From the IMG/VR virus record IMGVR_UViG_3300011334_000156, positions 1-28,285 of that record: DNA of 28,285 nt, one strand, 5' to 3'. The notes beneath the pieces were generated by a model. It saw only the letters and a list, made by a program, of their open reading frames with translations, was not told the origin of the DNA and did not search any database. The translations under genes were made by a program, and so were the position numbers. Every line of letters starts with the position of its first letter. Position 1 is the first letter of the stretch. This document shows positions 1 to 9,560 of the stretch, piece by piece. The DNA comes from a virus. Lineage: Duplodnaviria; Caudoviricetes.

Positions 1-168
1 AAACAGAAACACTGATTTAGATTCAGCATTGACAATCTTATGTAGTGCTAAGGATATCACTACCATAACAGGCGTTTATAAACGCTTGTTTGACTATAAT
101 GTCACCATAGACAATGACAGAGTTGTCTATGAGGGCGAATATAGATTTTATAATTTAGCATAAGGAAA
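1..168 (+). repeat. Terminal direct repeat / assembly overlap, left copy (contains the 3' end of the 27888..28280 gene, stop at 161-163)
   Basis: Matches 28118-28285 with 3 mismatches (41 T vs 28158 G; 135 G vs 28252 T; 141 A vs 28258 C). Confidence 0.97.
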
Positions 169-175
169 AAATAAT

Positions 176-643
176 ATGGCATACATATTCCCAGCACCTG
201 GCGTAACTGGAGTCCAAATGACTCTAGCCGTTAAGGTCACAACGGATTCTGTTAGTTTAACTGTTCCAGCAATTCAAGACATCACCGTTAATAACGCTAA
301 CGATGTATTCACTTGGACACAGCTTGATCAAAGTTCAAAACTACAAGTTCCAACAACAGCAACAAATGATCTAAGTCTAAACTTAGTATTAGATCAAACA
401 GTATTCTTCGGCACTGGCACAGGCACTGATGTTGCAGTTAAGCAAGGTATCTTTGGATTAAGCAAGACTAAACAACTTGTTGAATTCACATTGTATCTAG
501 GCGATACAAACAGTGGCGGAGCAGGTAAGACATTACAAGGTAATGCTTATGTAACTGGCTTAGCCCCTACCGTTTCAGCCGATAGTCCTGTATGGGTTAG
601 CCCTGTAACTTTAACAGTTACTGGCGATTATACAGTTTCTTAA
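176..643 (+). CDS. Major tail (tube) protein
   Basis: 155 aa, beta-rich and Thr/Val-rich, ends GNAYVTGLAPTVSADSPVWVSPVTLTVTG; lies between the neck genes and tail chaperones; SD TAAGGA; followed by a terminator. Confidence 0.8.
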   Translation: MAYIFPAPGVTGVQMTLAVKVTTDSVSLTVPAIQDITVNNANDVFTWTQLDQSSKLQVPTTATNDLSLNLVLDQTVFFGTGTGTDVAVKQGIFGLSKTKQLVEFTLYLGDTNSGGAGKTLQGNAYVTGLAPTVSADSPVWVSPVTLTVTGDYTVS

Positions 644-662
644 TTTAATTAAGAATAACATT

Positions 663-683
663 AAGCACCTTCGGGTGCTTTTT
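663..683 (+). terminator. Rho-independent terminator with C(UUCG)G tetraloop
   Basis: AAGCACC-TTCG-GGTGCTT followed by a T-run directly after the tail tube gene. Confidence 0.9.
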
Positions 684-688
684 GTTTG

Positions 689-696
689 TATAAATA
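689..696 (+). promoter_or_regulatory. T4-type late promoter box TATAAATA
   Basis: Exact T4 gp55 consensus directly after the terminator and before the SD TAAGGAG of the 713 ORF; no -35 element visible. Confidence 0.7.
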
Positions 697-712
697 ACAG
701 TAAGGAGATTTT

Positions 713-886
713 ATGATATTTGATGATAAATCTGATGATGAGATATTTCGCAGTATAGAAGCAGAACTTGCCAAAGCATTAGCGGAATTAAGATGTGCCA
801 AAAAAGATTTGGAACAAGCAGAAGTTAGAATGAAGTTTGCACTAGCAACCGTTCATTACTTAAAACAACGATATGAAGGAAAATAA
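713..886 (+). CDS. Small helical/coiled-coil hypothetical protein (57 aa, MIFDDKSDDEIFRSIEAELAKALAEL...), absent from the ORF track
   Basis: Translated by hand: ATG 713 to TAA 886, strong SD TAAGGAG, fills the gap before 890. Confidence 0.8.
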   Translation: MIFDDKSDDEIFRSIEAELAKALAELRCAKKDLEQAEVRMKFALATVHYLKQRYEGK

Positions 887-889
887 GAT

Positions 890-1192
890 ATGGCGTTAAA
901 CTTAACACAACTGGCCAGCAAGCCGCAACTAATTAAAATTACTCTAGACACACCAGAGATCAAAGAAAAATATGGTGATGAACTAGAGTTTTGGATCATG
1001 GATAGACAACCCATTGAACAGTTTATCAAAATGGCAACATTAGGTGCAGATAACTATGGTGAAATGATTAAGATGGTCAATGACTTAGTGCTTGATGAGC
1101 AGGGTAATAAAGCAGTTAAAGAAGGCGAAGCATTACCCAATGATGTAATGATGACAGTTATAGGAGCGGTGGTAGAACGCTTGGGAAAGTAA
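890..1192 (+). CDS. Tail assembly chaperone (lambda gpG analogue)
   Basis: 100 aa between tail tube and tape measure genes; ends in the slippery heptamer GGGAAAG just before the stop. Confidence 0.8.
   Translation: MALNLTQLASKPQLIKITLDTPEIKEKYGDELEFWIMDRQPIEQFIKMATLGADNYGEMIKMVNDLVLDEQGNKAVKEGEALPNDVMMTVIGAVVERLGK
1183..1189 (+). promoter_or_regulatory. Programmed -1 ribosomal frameshift site G GGA AAG
   Basis: Identical to the lambda G-T slippery sequence and in the correct phase; the -1 frame is open (GTA ACA CAG GAA...) into the 1231..1449 ORF. Confidence 0.85.
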
Positions 1193-1449
1193 CACAGGAA
1201 GAAATTCCAGAAGGCAGCATAGAACTCAGTATGATTATGTTAATAGACACATTAAGCGAAAGATACGGTATGCTTCCTAGTGAAGTTATAGGCCGTGCCA
1301 ATACCTTTGATGTGTTTATTGCTGATACTGCCATAGGTTATAGAAATGCTGTGCAAGAGCGTAGCATGAATGGCGGTAAAGCACCTATTACCGAATACAA
1401 GCAAAGCGATTTGCAAAACATGTTGGATAAAGTCCGTGCCAAAAGTTGA
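1189..1449 (+). CDS. C-terminal part of the frameshifted tail chaperone (gpGT analogue; full product 890..1449)
   Basis: The -1 frame is continuous from the slippery site to the stop at 1449; LSERYGMLPSEV is typical of gpT-like segments; no good SD before ATG 1231. Confidence 0.78.
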   Translation, partial: VTQEEIPEGSIELSMIMLIDTLSERYGMLPSEVIGRANTFDVFIADTAIGYRNAVQERSMNGGKAPITEYKQSDLQNMLDKVRAKS

Positions 1450-1723
1450 TTTAACACAGTTTAATAGGCAGATGTCTAAAGCACTATTTGCATTAAACGA
1501 TTTGCCTGAGTTTGCTCAAGAATCAATGAAGTCTAATACTCCTATTCGCACAGGTAATGCTCGTAGAAATACTAATTTGCGTGGCAACAAAGTTGTTGCT
1601 GACTATGCTTATGCTCAAAGACTAGAAGATAACTGGAGTCCACAGACACGAGGTCAAGGTATCATTGCTCCAACAGAACAAGACATCCAAAAAGAAGTGG
1701 ATCGCAGATTAAAAGGAATCTAA
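1436..1723 (+). CDS. HK97 gp10-like tail completion/neck protein (probable GTG start at 1436; track start 1370)
   Basis: Motifs TPIRTGNARR and YAYAQRLE resemble the HK97-gp10-like family; the GTG start reduces the overlap with the upstream gene. Confidence 0.6.
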   Translation: MPKVDLTQFNRQMSKALFALNDLPEFAQESMKSNTPIRTGNARRNTNLRGNKVVADYAYAQRLEDNWSPQTRGQGIIAPTEQDIQKEVDRRLKGI

Positions 1724-1724
1724 T

Positions 1725-4289
1725 ATGGCTAGTAATATTCAAGTAGCAATCACAGTAGACAATAAACAATACATTGCCGGTGTCAATACCGCAAATAATG
1801 CTACGCAGACATTTAGTAAAAATGCTGTTAAATCATTAAACAATGTTAGTTTAGTCAGTGATAATTTAATATCTAGAATTGGAGGATTAAAAACTGCATT
1901 GTCAGGATTAGTCAGTGCCACTGCTGTTCAACAGGCTAATAATTTTGCCAATAATATTAAAGACATTGCTACCACAGCAGACTTAACTGTTGAAAGTGTA
2001 TTGTCATTGAGCAGAGCATTTGAAGTCAATGGCGGCAATGCCGAAGGTGCTCAAAATGCAATCTTAAAATTCAGCGAAACCATTGGTAACGCTATTGGAG
2101 GCAGTGATCAAGCACAAAAATCATTGAAAGATGTTGGTATCAGTCTTAAAGATATACAGAATCTAAGTCAGCAACAATTATTAGCACAAGCAATTAAAGG
2201 CATTGCTGGTTTAGAAAGTGCGGCAATGCGAGCCAGAGTCCAAACAGACTTATTTGGTAAAGCAGCCAAAGCAGTTAATTTTGGCGGCTTAACAGAACAA
2301 GCACCAGTAAATCCTGCTGTCACTGCCGCATTTGAAAGTGGATCCGCAGCCAGTGAGAATCTAAAAAAACAATTTGGACAATTAACTGATGCTATCTTAT
2401 TAGTTGCCAAACCGTTGAATGACATTGTTAAAAATATTAATATCACTGTCAGTGCATTTGAAAGTTTAATCAAAGCCATATTGTCCGCAGTGGCAGCATT
2501 TGCTTTATTCAAAGGTATTGGTTTAATTAACGGACTACTAGGTGGACTCAGTGTGGCTGCTACTGCCACAGGTGGTATTGTTGCTTGGTTTGGACTACAA
2601 TTTGCCATTGTTGCTAATAGTCTAAAATACTTTATTCTTAATCTAGGTCGTGCAATTGGTTTATTGCCCACAGCATTTGGCGGCATAGCCAGTGTGGGAT
2701 TTGCACTAGGAGCATTGGTCAAAGGCTTTTTACGCTTTGCAGGCGTTATTGGTATCATATACACATTAATAGAAGCCATAGATTTCTTGGGCAAACTTAT
2801 ATTCAATTTTAGTCCTGTGGATTTTTTAATTGATAAGTTTAATAAACTTGTTGATGTTGCCAAAGAATTCTTTAACATTAAACCCACAGCACCCAATGAA
2901 AGTGCCGCTGAAACGCAGAGATTGGCTAATCAAAATGCCATGCTAAAGAAAATAGAAGAAGAAAAGAAAGCCAGAGATGAAGCCGCTGCCAAAGCCAAAG
3001 AGTTTGCAGAACGACAAGCAAAAATTCGTGCTGAAGTTCAAAAGACTGGTGAAGCATTTAAGAAAAATAATCTAGAACTATTGCGTGGCATTGATTTTGA
3101 AACTGAAATGTTAAGCAAAACTAAAGAAGGCAGATACTTAACAGAAAATGAAGTAGAAGTATTGCGAGCACAAGATGCCGCATATAAGAGTCTGCGTGAT
3201 CAATTAGATTCATTAAATGAAAAGCGTAAAGAATTCAGCAGAGGCACAGAAGAACAACGAGCAAGTTTAGGCATCATTGATGCTGAAATTGAAAAAGTAA
3301 AACGACTAGGACAAGTTCAAATTGAAGCATTGCCTAAGTATATCAGTGATTTACAAAGTGCTAAACTATTAGAAAAAGATAGAGCAACTCAACTTGAAAA
3401 TATGACTCGTGCTATGGAGCAACAGTTAAAGATTCAAGAAGCATTAACTGGTGCAAGACTCAGCATTATCAGTCAAGGACAGGATGTTGCATTTGCTGGT
3501 AGTAAAATAGGCAAAGGCAGTTTACAACAACAATTCATGGACATTGCTGAGTCAAATCGCAAAGCAGGTTTAGAAGCAAGTCGTGCATTTGCTGCCGCAT
3601 TTGAAGATGGTGGTGATGGACTTACACCAGAGCGTGCCAAACAACTACAAGATGGACTAGATGCTATTGCAGTAGGTTATAGAAATATTAACCAAGCACA
3701 ACTTGATAATTTGAATCTAAGTCGTGAGTGGAGCACAGGTTGGACTGAAGCATTTCAAAATTATAGAGATTCTGCTCTTAACGCCGCTGAACAAAGTAAA
3801 ACATACTTTGATACATTTACAAAAGGTTTTGAAGATGCTTTTGTTAAAATGGTGCAAACTGGTAAACTAAGTTTCAAAGATCTTGCTAATAGTTTAATCG
3901 CCGACTTTGCTCGCATACAAGCAAAGAAAGCATTGTTGGGTATATTTGATATGGGCGGTGCAAACAGCAGTGGACAAGGATTTAGTTTTGGAACATTGTT
4001 TGGCAGCATAGGTAAAATATTTGGATTTGCCAATGGTGGTAATCCTCCAGTTAATCGTCCAAGCATTGTTGGCGAGCGTGGTCCAGAATTATTTGTTCCT
4101 AAATCAGCAGGCACAATAGTTCCCAACGGTGCTGGTATGGGTGGACAAGTTATCAATAACGCAGTTTCATACAACATCAGTGCAGTTGATGCACAGAGTT
4201 TCAAATCATTGTTAGCCCGTGATCCAGAGTTTATTCACAATGTAGCTGAACAAGGCAGACGACAATTACCAATAAGGAGCCGTAGATAA
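1725..4289 (+). CDS. Tail tape measure protein
   Basis: 854 aa, Ala-rich and helical, hydrophobic central segment, lambda gpH-like C-terminus (TGKLSFKDLANSLIAD, FANGG, VGERGPELFVP). Confidence 0.93.
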   Translation: MASNIQVAITVDNKQYIAGVNTANNATQTFSKNAVKSLNNVSLVSDNLISRIGGLKTALSGLVSATAVQQANNFANNIKDIATTADLTVESVLSLSRAFEVNGGNAEGAQNAILKFSETIGNAIGGSDQAQKSLKDVGISLKDIQNLSQQQLLAQAIKGIAGLESAAMRARVQTDLFGKAAKAVNFGGLTEQAPVNPAVTAAFESGSAASENLKKQFGQLTDAILLVAKPLNDIVKNINITVSAFESLIKAILSAVAAFALFKGIGLINGLLGGLSVAATATGGIVAWFGLQFAIVANSLKYFILNLGRAIGLLPTAFGGIASVGFALGALVKGFLRFAGVIGIIYTLIEAIDFLGKLIFNFSPVDFLIDKFNKLVDVAKEFFNIKPTAPNESAAETQRLANQNAMLKKIEEEKKARDEAAAKAKEFAERQAKIRAEVQKTGEAFKKNNLELLRGIDFETEMLSKTKEGRYLTENEVEVLRAQDAAYKSLRDQLDSLNEKRKEFSRGTEEQRASLGIIDAEIEKVKRLGQVQIEALPKYISDLQSAKLLEKDRATQLENMTRAMEQQLKIQEALTGARLSIISQGQDVAFAGSKIGKGSLQQQFMDIAESNRKAGLEASRAFAAAFEDGGDGLTPERAKQLQDGLDAIAVGYRNINQAQLDNLNLSREWSTGWTEAFQNYRDSALNAAEQSKTYFDTFTKGFEDAFVKMVQTGKLSFKDLANSLIADFARIQAKKALLGIFDMGGANSSGQGFSFGTLFGSIGKIFGFANGGNPPVNRPSIVGERGPELFVPKSAGTIVPNGAGMGGQVINNAVSYNISAVDAQSFKSLLARDPEFIHNVAEQGRRQLPIRSRR

Positions 4290-4966
4290 TGGCATTACAA
4301 GACATAATCAATACAGCGAGTAATATTGAAATTAACCGCAGTAAACTAATAGCACAAACAGTTAGTCGCAGTGGACGAATCAGTGTTGCTAGTCGCAACT
4401 GGGCTAACCCATTTAGGTTTGTTGTTACTCCTAAACCTGTTTGGACCTACACTGAATATAGAGCAATATTTGAACCAATATTTACAGCAGATAGATATAC
4501 CACACAGACAATAGCACTGACTAACTTTAACACATCCACTGGAGCACTAACGCAAACAGGCATGTTTTGGCTTACAGAATATCAAGGTGCTTTAGCAGGT
4601 TCCACAGATCAAATCTTAGATGATTATACAGCAACATCAATGACAGGCAACGCACTGACAATTACAAAAACAGGCACACCTGCTAACGGAATTTCTATAT
4701 TCAAAGCTGGAGATTATTTAAGAATTGTTGGCGGAGCCTATCCGTATATTGTCAGCAGTGATGTTGTAACAAGTGCAAGTGCTACAGCAGTTGTAACAGT
4801 TCATCGTGGTAAATTAGAAACATTTACTCCTGGAGCAAGCATCTATGTTGGACGCAGAGCCGCAGTGTTTAATGTCATAGTCAGCAAACTGCCACAGATT
4901 AGATTCTTACCTGGGCAGTTAGTAGAATTTACCAGCGACTTTGAAATGGTTGAGGAAATACTATGA
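4289..4966 (+). CDS. Putative distal tail protein
   Basis: Directly after the tape measure gene, translationally coupled (TAATG); beta-rich with FKAGDYL motif. Confidence 0.6.
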   Translation: MALQDIINTASNIEINRSKLIAQTVSRSGRISVASRNWANPFRFVVTPKPVWTYTEYRAIFEPIFTADRYTTQTIALTNFNTSTGALTQTGMFWLTEYQGALAGSTDQILDDYTATSMTGNALTITKTGTPANGISIFKAGDYLRIVGGAYPYIVSSDVVTSASATAVVTVHRGKLETFTPGASIYVGRRAAVFNVIVSKLPQIRFLPGQLVEFTSDFEMVEEIL

Positions 4967-5877
4967 CAACAGCAATTCCACAAGTTGATGTTAATAAGAT
5001 TGAATTTGGTGTTCTCATTGATTTAACACTGATAGCCATCAATCCTACAACAGGTGCAAGTGGCACAGGCTCAACAGCAACAATAACCTTTGCCACACAA
5101 GCAACAGCACCGTTTGGTGTAGGTGATACTATCACAGTCAGCAATGTAGTTCCTACAGCATACAATGGAACATTTGTAGTTACAGGTGCAACAACAAGTA
5201 GCGTAAGTTATGCCAGCACGGCAACAGGCAGTCAAACACAGGCAGGTGTTATTGGTTTAACTTATTACATTAGTAATTGTTATAAAGCAGTAAGTCATAA
5301 CAGCAAGGCTTATCAAGCATTGGCAGGATTCTTAACAGTCAGTGACATACAAAGTAATATTAGCAATGCCAATGACGAAATACAATTGACTTTAAGTGCT
5401 ATTCCCTCAGTTTATATTGCCGCAGTGTTAGGCACACAGATCAAAGGTGGTGAAATAAACATTTATCGTGCGTTCTTTGACTATACAACGCAAGAAGTTA
5501 TTTCAGGTGCAGTATATAAAAGATTTACCGGTGTTGTCAGCAATTTCAGTGTTCAAGAAGATGTAGATGTAAGTGATCAAGACCCCACTGTTACACATAC
5601 CATTACGCTTGTTGCAAGTAGCATCATGGGTGTGTTGGAAAATAAAGTAAGTGGTCGCAGAACAAACAAACAAGACTTTCAAATTGTTTACACCGAATTA
5701 GTAAACAGTGCCACTGATCCAAGTATGAACCGTGTTGAAGCATTGTTCAATAGTAGCTTTGACTTTGGTAAGCCGTATGTAGCTCAAGCAGCCAGCACAT
5801 CAAAAGGCAACAGCGGCAGCACTGACGCAGCCGGTGGCACTGTCAGTGAAAATCAAACTTCAGGCGAAAGATATTAA
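4963..5877 (+). CDS. Putative tail tip/baseplate hub protein (gpL-like position) with an inserted beta domain
   Basis: Position; YQALAGFL, IYRAFFD, RFTGVV, GRRTN and FDFGK motifs typical of minor tail proteins; Thr/Ser-rich insert near the N-terminus. Confidence 0.6.
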   Translation: MTTAIPQVDVNKIEFGVLIDLTLIAINPTTGASGTGSTATITFATQATAPFGVGDTITVSNVVPTAYNGTFVVTGATTSSVSYASTATGSQTQAGVIGLTYYISNCYKAVSHNSKAYQALAGFLTVSDIQSNISNANDEIQLTLSAIPSVYIAAVLGTQIKGGEINIYRAFFDYTTQEVISGAVYKRFTGVVSNFSVQEDVDVSDQDPTVTHTITLVASSIMGVLENKVSGRRTNKQDFQIVYTELVNSATDPSMNRVEALFNSSFDFGKPYVAQAASTSKGNSGSTDAAGGTVSENQTSGERY

Positions 5878-5879
5878 GC

Positions 5880-6302
5880 ATGATTAGCATAGCAGATATC
5901 AAAGAAGACAAAGAAATAAATGAAATTGTTTATAACTATTTTTCTAATCACTATAAGAATCAGCAACGAGCATTTGAAGAATTTAAGAAGTTAAATACTA
6001 AAATGAAACTTAGTCCAAACACCAAGTTAGTTAAGTTTGGAAACATAGTGTTTTTATTAAAGTTGGACGACGATGAGATTGAGTTTCACAGCATAGGCAA
6101 AGAGACATCAACCTTTGCTTACATAAAAGATTTACATGAACTTGTTGATTACGCAAAAAAGTTAAATGTCAAAGCAGTGTATTCATACAGCAATGACAGT
6201 GTATTTGAAATAATATTTCGTCGTATCAAATTGAATTTTACGCAGGATTTGAAAGTGGCTCCCGATGGGAACACTTATAACTATTATAGATTGGAGTTTT
6301 AA
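5880..6302 (+). CDS. Hypothetical protein in the tail module (possibly GNAT-like fold)
   Basis: 140 aa ORF packed tightly between tail genes; Lys/Phe-rich and more AT-rich than its neighbours; the fold guess is weak. Confidence 0.55.
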   Translation: MISIADIKEDKEINEIVYNYFSNHYKNQQRAFEEFKKLNTKMKLSPNTKLVKFGNIVFLLKLDDDEIEFHSIGKETSTFAYIKDLHELVDYAKKLNVKAVYSYSNDSVFEIIFRRIKLNFTQDLKVAPDGNTYNYYRLEF

Positions 6303-6304
6303 TT

Positions 6305-9300
6305 ATGCCGATTTTTGCCTATATAGGTGCCGCAGTTGCAGGATGGTTCTTTGCCGCAGGCACAGCAGCCTTTATTGCTACATCTTGGTTAGTGTCAACT
6401 GCGGCAGCATTCGTTACCAGCAGAATTATAAATGGTAATGCCAACAAAGGTAATAACTCAGCAGGCAATCAAGGTGGACGCATACAAGTTCCTCCAGCAA
6501 GCAACAATAAGATTCCTGTGGTTTATGGCAGTGCTTATGTAAATGGTGTTATCACAGATGCTAGATTGATAACCACAGATCAAAAGAAAAATGATACAAT
6601 GTTTTATTGTATTGTGTTAAGTGAAACAAGTAATAATATTCCAGTAGGAAGTCCTGTGTATGGCTTGGAAGGTGTTTATTGGAATGACCTAAGACTAACT
6701 CCTGATCCAACATACTTACATAAAGTTAAAGATGGTAGAAAAGTAGTTGATGGTGCAATCGTTACTGCTGGTGCATTCCTAACAAACAGCACTTATATTA
6801 TAAGAAGTATTGGCACTACAGACTTTACACTAATTGGAGCACAATCAAATAATCTTGGACAAATATTTACAGCAACAGGTCCTGGCACTGGCACTGGAAC
6901 AGCACAAATAGAAGATTGGAAAGATGAAAACTTTGTTGTTGATGGTAAAAATCTAGTTGAACTTAGAGTGTATGCTGGTGGTAGTGCGGCAACAGATCAA
7001 ATATATCCTCCACAATCATCCGGCCAAACACAGGCTGCCTATGACTTCTGGGGAGATAATGACAACAGTTGGACTACAGATTATGCCATGAAAGGTCTAG
7101 TGTTTGCCATAGTTAGACTAACTTACAATGGTGAAAAAGGTTTTACAAGTTTACCCAATGTCACATTCCAATTAGCCAACAATGTAGCAAATCCTGCTGA
7201 TGTTTGGTATGATTACATGACATCAAAGCGTTATGGTGCTGGTATTGATCCTGCTTATATTGATGAGCCAGCAAGACTTGCTTGGTATAATTACTGCGAA
7301 GAAGACATCAGTTACACCAATGCTGCCGGAAATACAAATCAAAGCACATTACGATATAACATCAATGGTGTCTTAGACACCAGCAATCAAGTCAAAACAA
7401 ACATAGACACTATTTTACAAAATGGTGGTGCTTGGATGAGCTATGATGTCAGCACAGGCCTATGGACACCTGTAATTAAGAAAGCCATTACTGCTGGAGA
7501 TCCCACAGACACAACTACACATTTTACAGCAAGTAGAAATGCCGGAAATGAATTAACTGTAACAGTATTTCCAGAAGGTAGAATTGAAACAGGACAACTT
7601 CTTTATAATAGTGCTGGCACGCTAATTGGCACTATCACAGGACAAGTTGCACCTACCGCAGGACAAACAGCAGGACAAATTGGAAAATACACAACATCAA
7701 CAAGTGGTGCAATATCATCAACAACCTTTTATACAACAGCACCCAACTTACTTGAGTTCAGTGATGACAACATTATATCTGGTATCAACATTAGTTCAAC
7801 AAGACTTGATGACTTATACAATAAATTAGAAGTAGAATTTTTTGATAGATATAACAAGGATCAAAAGGCATACTATAGAGTAGATTTACCCGAACTGCAA
7901 CGCAATCCCAACGAGCCAGACAATCAACTACGAATGAGTCTGGACTTGGTTAACAATTCAATGCAAAGTGATATATTGGGTCAAATAGAACTGCGTCAAA
8001 GTCGTGATGACTTAGTCATAGAATTTACCAGCAATCACTACGGCATACAAGCACAGGCAGGAGATGTTGTTGCTGTGACATCAGAACTATACGGATGGTA
8101 TCCAAAGTTATTCCGTGTCATGCGTGTCAAAGAACAAGAAACTGAAGATGGTGGATTGGTAGCACAGATACAGGGATTAGAATATAACGGTGACGCATAT
8201 ACAATAGAACCCATCACAGAATTTGCCACAGAAGCAAATGTTAAAATTGGTATTGGTGTATATGGAACAAGTCCAAATATGCCTTTACCACCAAGACTAG
8301 CCATTGTTAAAGTCAATGACACTGATCCTATTCCTAACTTTCAATTACAAGTAAAGATACCAACTGAAGGTGGTCCGTATGATGAAATAGAATTCTATGT
8401 CACAGAAGGTTGGGATCAAATGTCTGTTACTGGTAAAATTGTAGCAGGTCAAATTCCTGTAATAGGAGCATCAGGCACAGGTTCAGTGGCAACTCTTACA
8501 TTTACGCCAGCAAGTCCAGCATTTGTTTTTTATGAAATTGGTCAAGTTGTAACTATTGCTGGAATGACTCCTAGTGGATATAATGGCGTTAAAACTATTA
8601 CAGCGGCAACAAACAATAGTATATCATATGCCAGCACAGCAACAGGATTTACCACAGGCGGAACTATTACCAGTGAAGTTGGAGCAAGTCAAAGTATAAT
8701 GACTGTGACAAATGCACCGTTTGGAATAATTAATGTTGGAGACTATTTTGACTTAGGTGGTGTTACAGTTGTTAATCAACTTACAAATGATCCTGTGAGT
8801 AAAACATTTGTATCCGGTGGAGCATTTACTCCAGTGCCAGTGAATACTGTAACATTAAACAACACCACAGGACTACTAATTGGTAATACTTTAATAGGCA
8901 CTGGACTGCCAGCAGGTGGCGCACACATTACAGCAATAGCAGGCAATCAAGTTACATTGGATACATTCTTTACAGCACAGGCCGCAGGCACTTATACAGT
9001 CTTTGGTGGCTTAGGCACTTACACAGTTAGTTTGCCTATAACTACATCAGGCACAGATGACATCTTTGATTTGCCAATACCCAGTGATTATTATTTCTTT
9101 AAGAAAGCAACTCCACCAGGCAATAGCGCAACATTTACCAATGGCGAAACAATTACTGTAACAGTCACAGAATTGCCTGCTAATACACAGACATACCGTC
9201 GTTGGTTTATTATATCACGAATGGGCATTAAAAAGCGATTCGGTGCATTCAGCGAACCTAGCACAGTTGATAAAGATGGTAACTTTCAATATGAACCAGA

Positions 9301-9547
9301 TGCAGGTGGTAGCACTACAGATGTGTTAAATATAAAAGAAGCAATACTGAAATTAGATTTCGGTAATTTTGTTATACCTAATAATGGTTTTCTATTGTTT
9401 AGAACATTGAATCCTGTGGATTTTGGTAATGATCAAAACCTGGGCAGTAGTGCTCAATTAGATTTAGGCTTACTCAGTGTCACAGAAAACACTGTTACAG
9501 CCGGCACAGATGTAGAAACATTTGTATGGCAAGTTGACCCAATATAA
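6305..9547 (+). CDS. Tail tip attachment / central fibre protein (lambda J-like, host specificity)
   Basis: 1080 aa; hydrophobic N-terminus, IPVVYG motif, NPADVWYDYMTSKRYGAG, RYNINGVLDT, AGDVVAVT and FRVMRV segments typical of J-like tip proteins. Confidence 0.82.
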   Translation: MPIFAYIGAAVAGWFFAAGTAAFIATSWLVSTAAAFVTSRIINGNANKGNNSAGNQGGRIQVPPASNNKIPVVYGSAYVNGVITDARLITTDQKKNDTMFYCIVLSETSNNIPVGSPVYGLEGVYWNDLRLTPDPTYLHKVKDGRKVVDGAIVTAGAFLTNSTYIIRSIGTTDFTLIGAQSNNLGQIFTATGPGTGTGTAQIEDWKDENFVVDGKNLVELRVYAGGSAATDQIYPPQSSGQTQAAYDFWGDNDNSWTTDYAMKGLVFAIVRLTYNGEKGFTSLPNVTFQLANNVANPADVWYDYMTSKRYGAGIDPAYIDEPARLAWYNYCEEDISYTNAAGNTNQSTLRYNINGVLDTSNQVKTNIDTILQNGGAWMSYDVSTGLWTPVIKKAITAGDPTDTTTHFTASRNAGNELTVTVFPEGRIETGQLLYNSAGTLIGTITGQVAPTAGQTAGQIGKYTTSTSGAISSTTFYTTAPNLLEFSDDNIISGINISSTRLDDLYNKLEVEFFDRYNKDQKAYYRVDLPELQRNPNEPDNQLRMSLDLVNNSMQSDILGQIELRQSRDDLVIEFTSNHYGIQAQAGDVVAVTSELYGWYPKLFRVMRVKEQETEDGGLVAQIQGLEYNGDAYTIEPITEFATEANVKIGIGVYGTSPNMPLPPRLAIVKVNDTDPIPNFQLQVKIPTEGGPYDEIEFYVTEGWDQMSVTGKIVAGQIPVIGASGTGSVATLTFTPASPAFVFYEIGQVVTIAGMTPSGYNGVKTITAATNNSISYASTATGFTTGGTITSEVGASQSIMTVTNAPFGIINVGDYFDLGGVTVVNQLTNDPVSKTFVSGGAFTPVPVNTVTLNNTTGLLIGNTLIGTGLPAGGAHITAIAGNQVTLDTFFTAQAAGTYTVFGGLGTYTVSLPITTSGTDDIFDLPIPSDYYFFKKATPPGNSATFTNGETITVTVTELPANTQTYRRWFIISRMGIKKRFGAFSEPSTVDKDGNFQYEPDAGGSTTDVLNIKEAILKLDFGNFVIPNNGFLLFRTLNPVDFGNDQNLGSSAQLDLGLLSVTENTVTAGTDVETFVWQVDPI

Positions 9548-9560
9548 GGATTTTTAAGAT

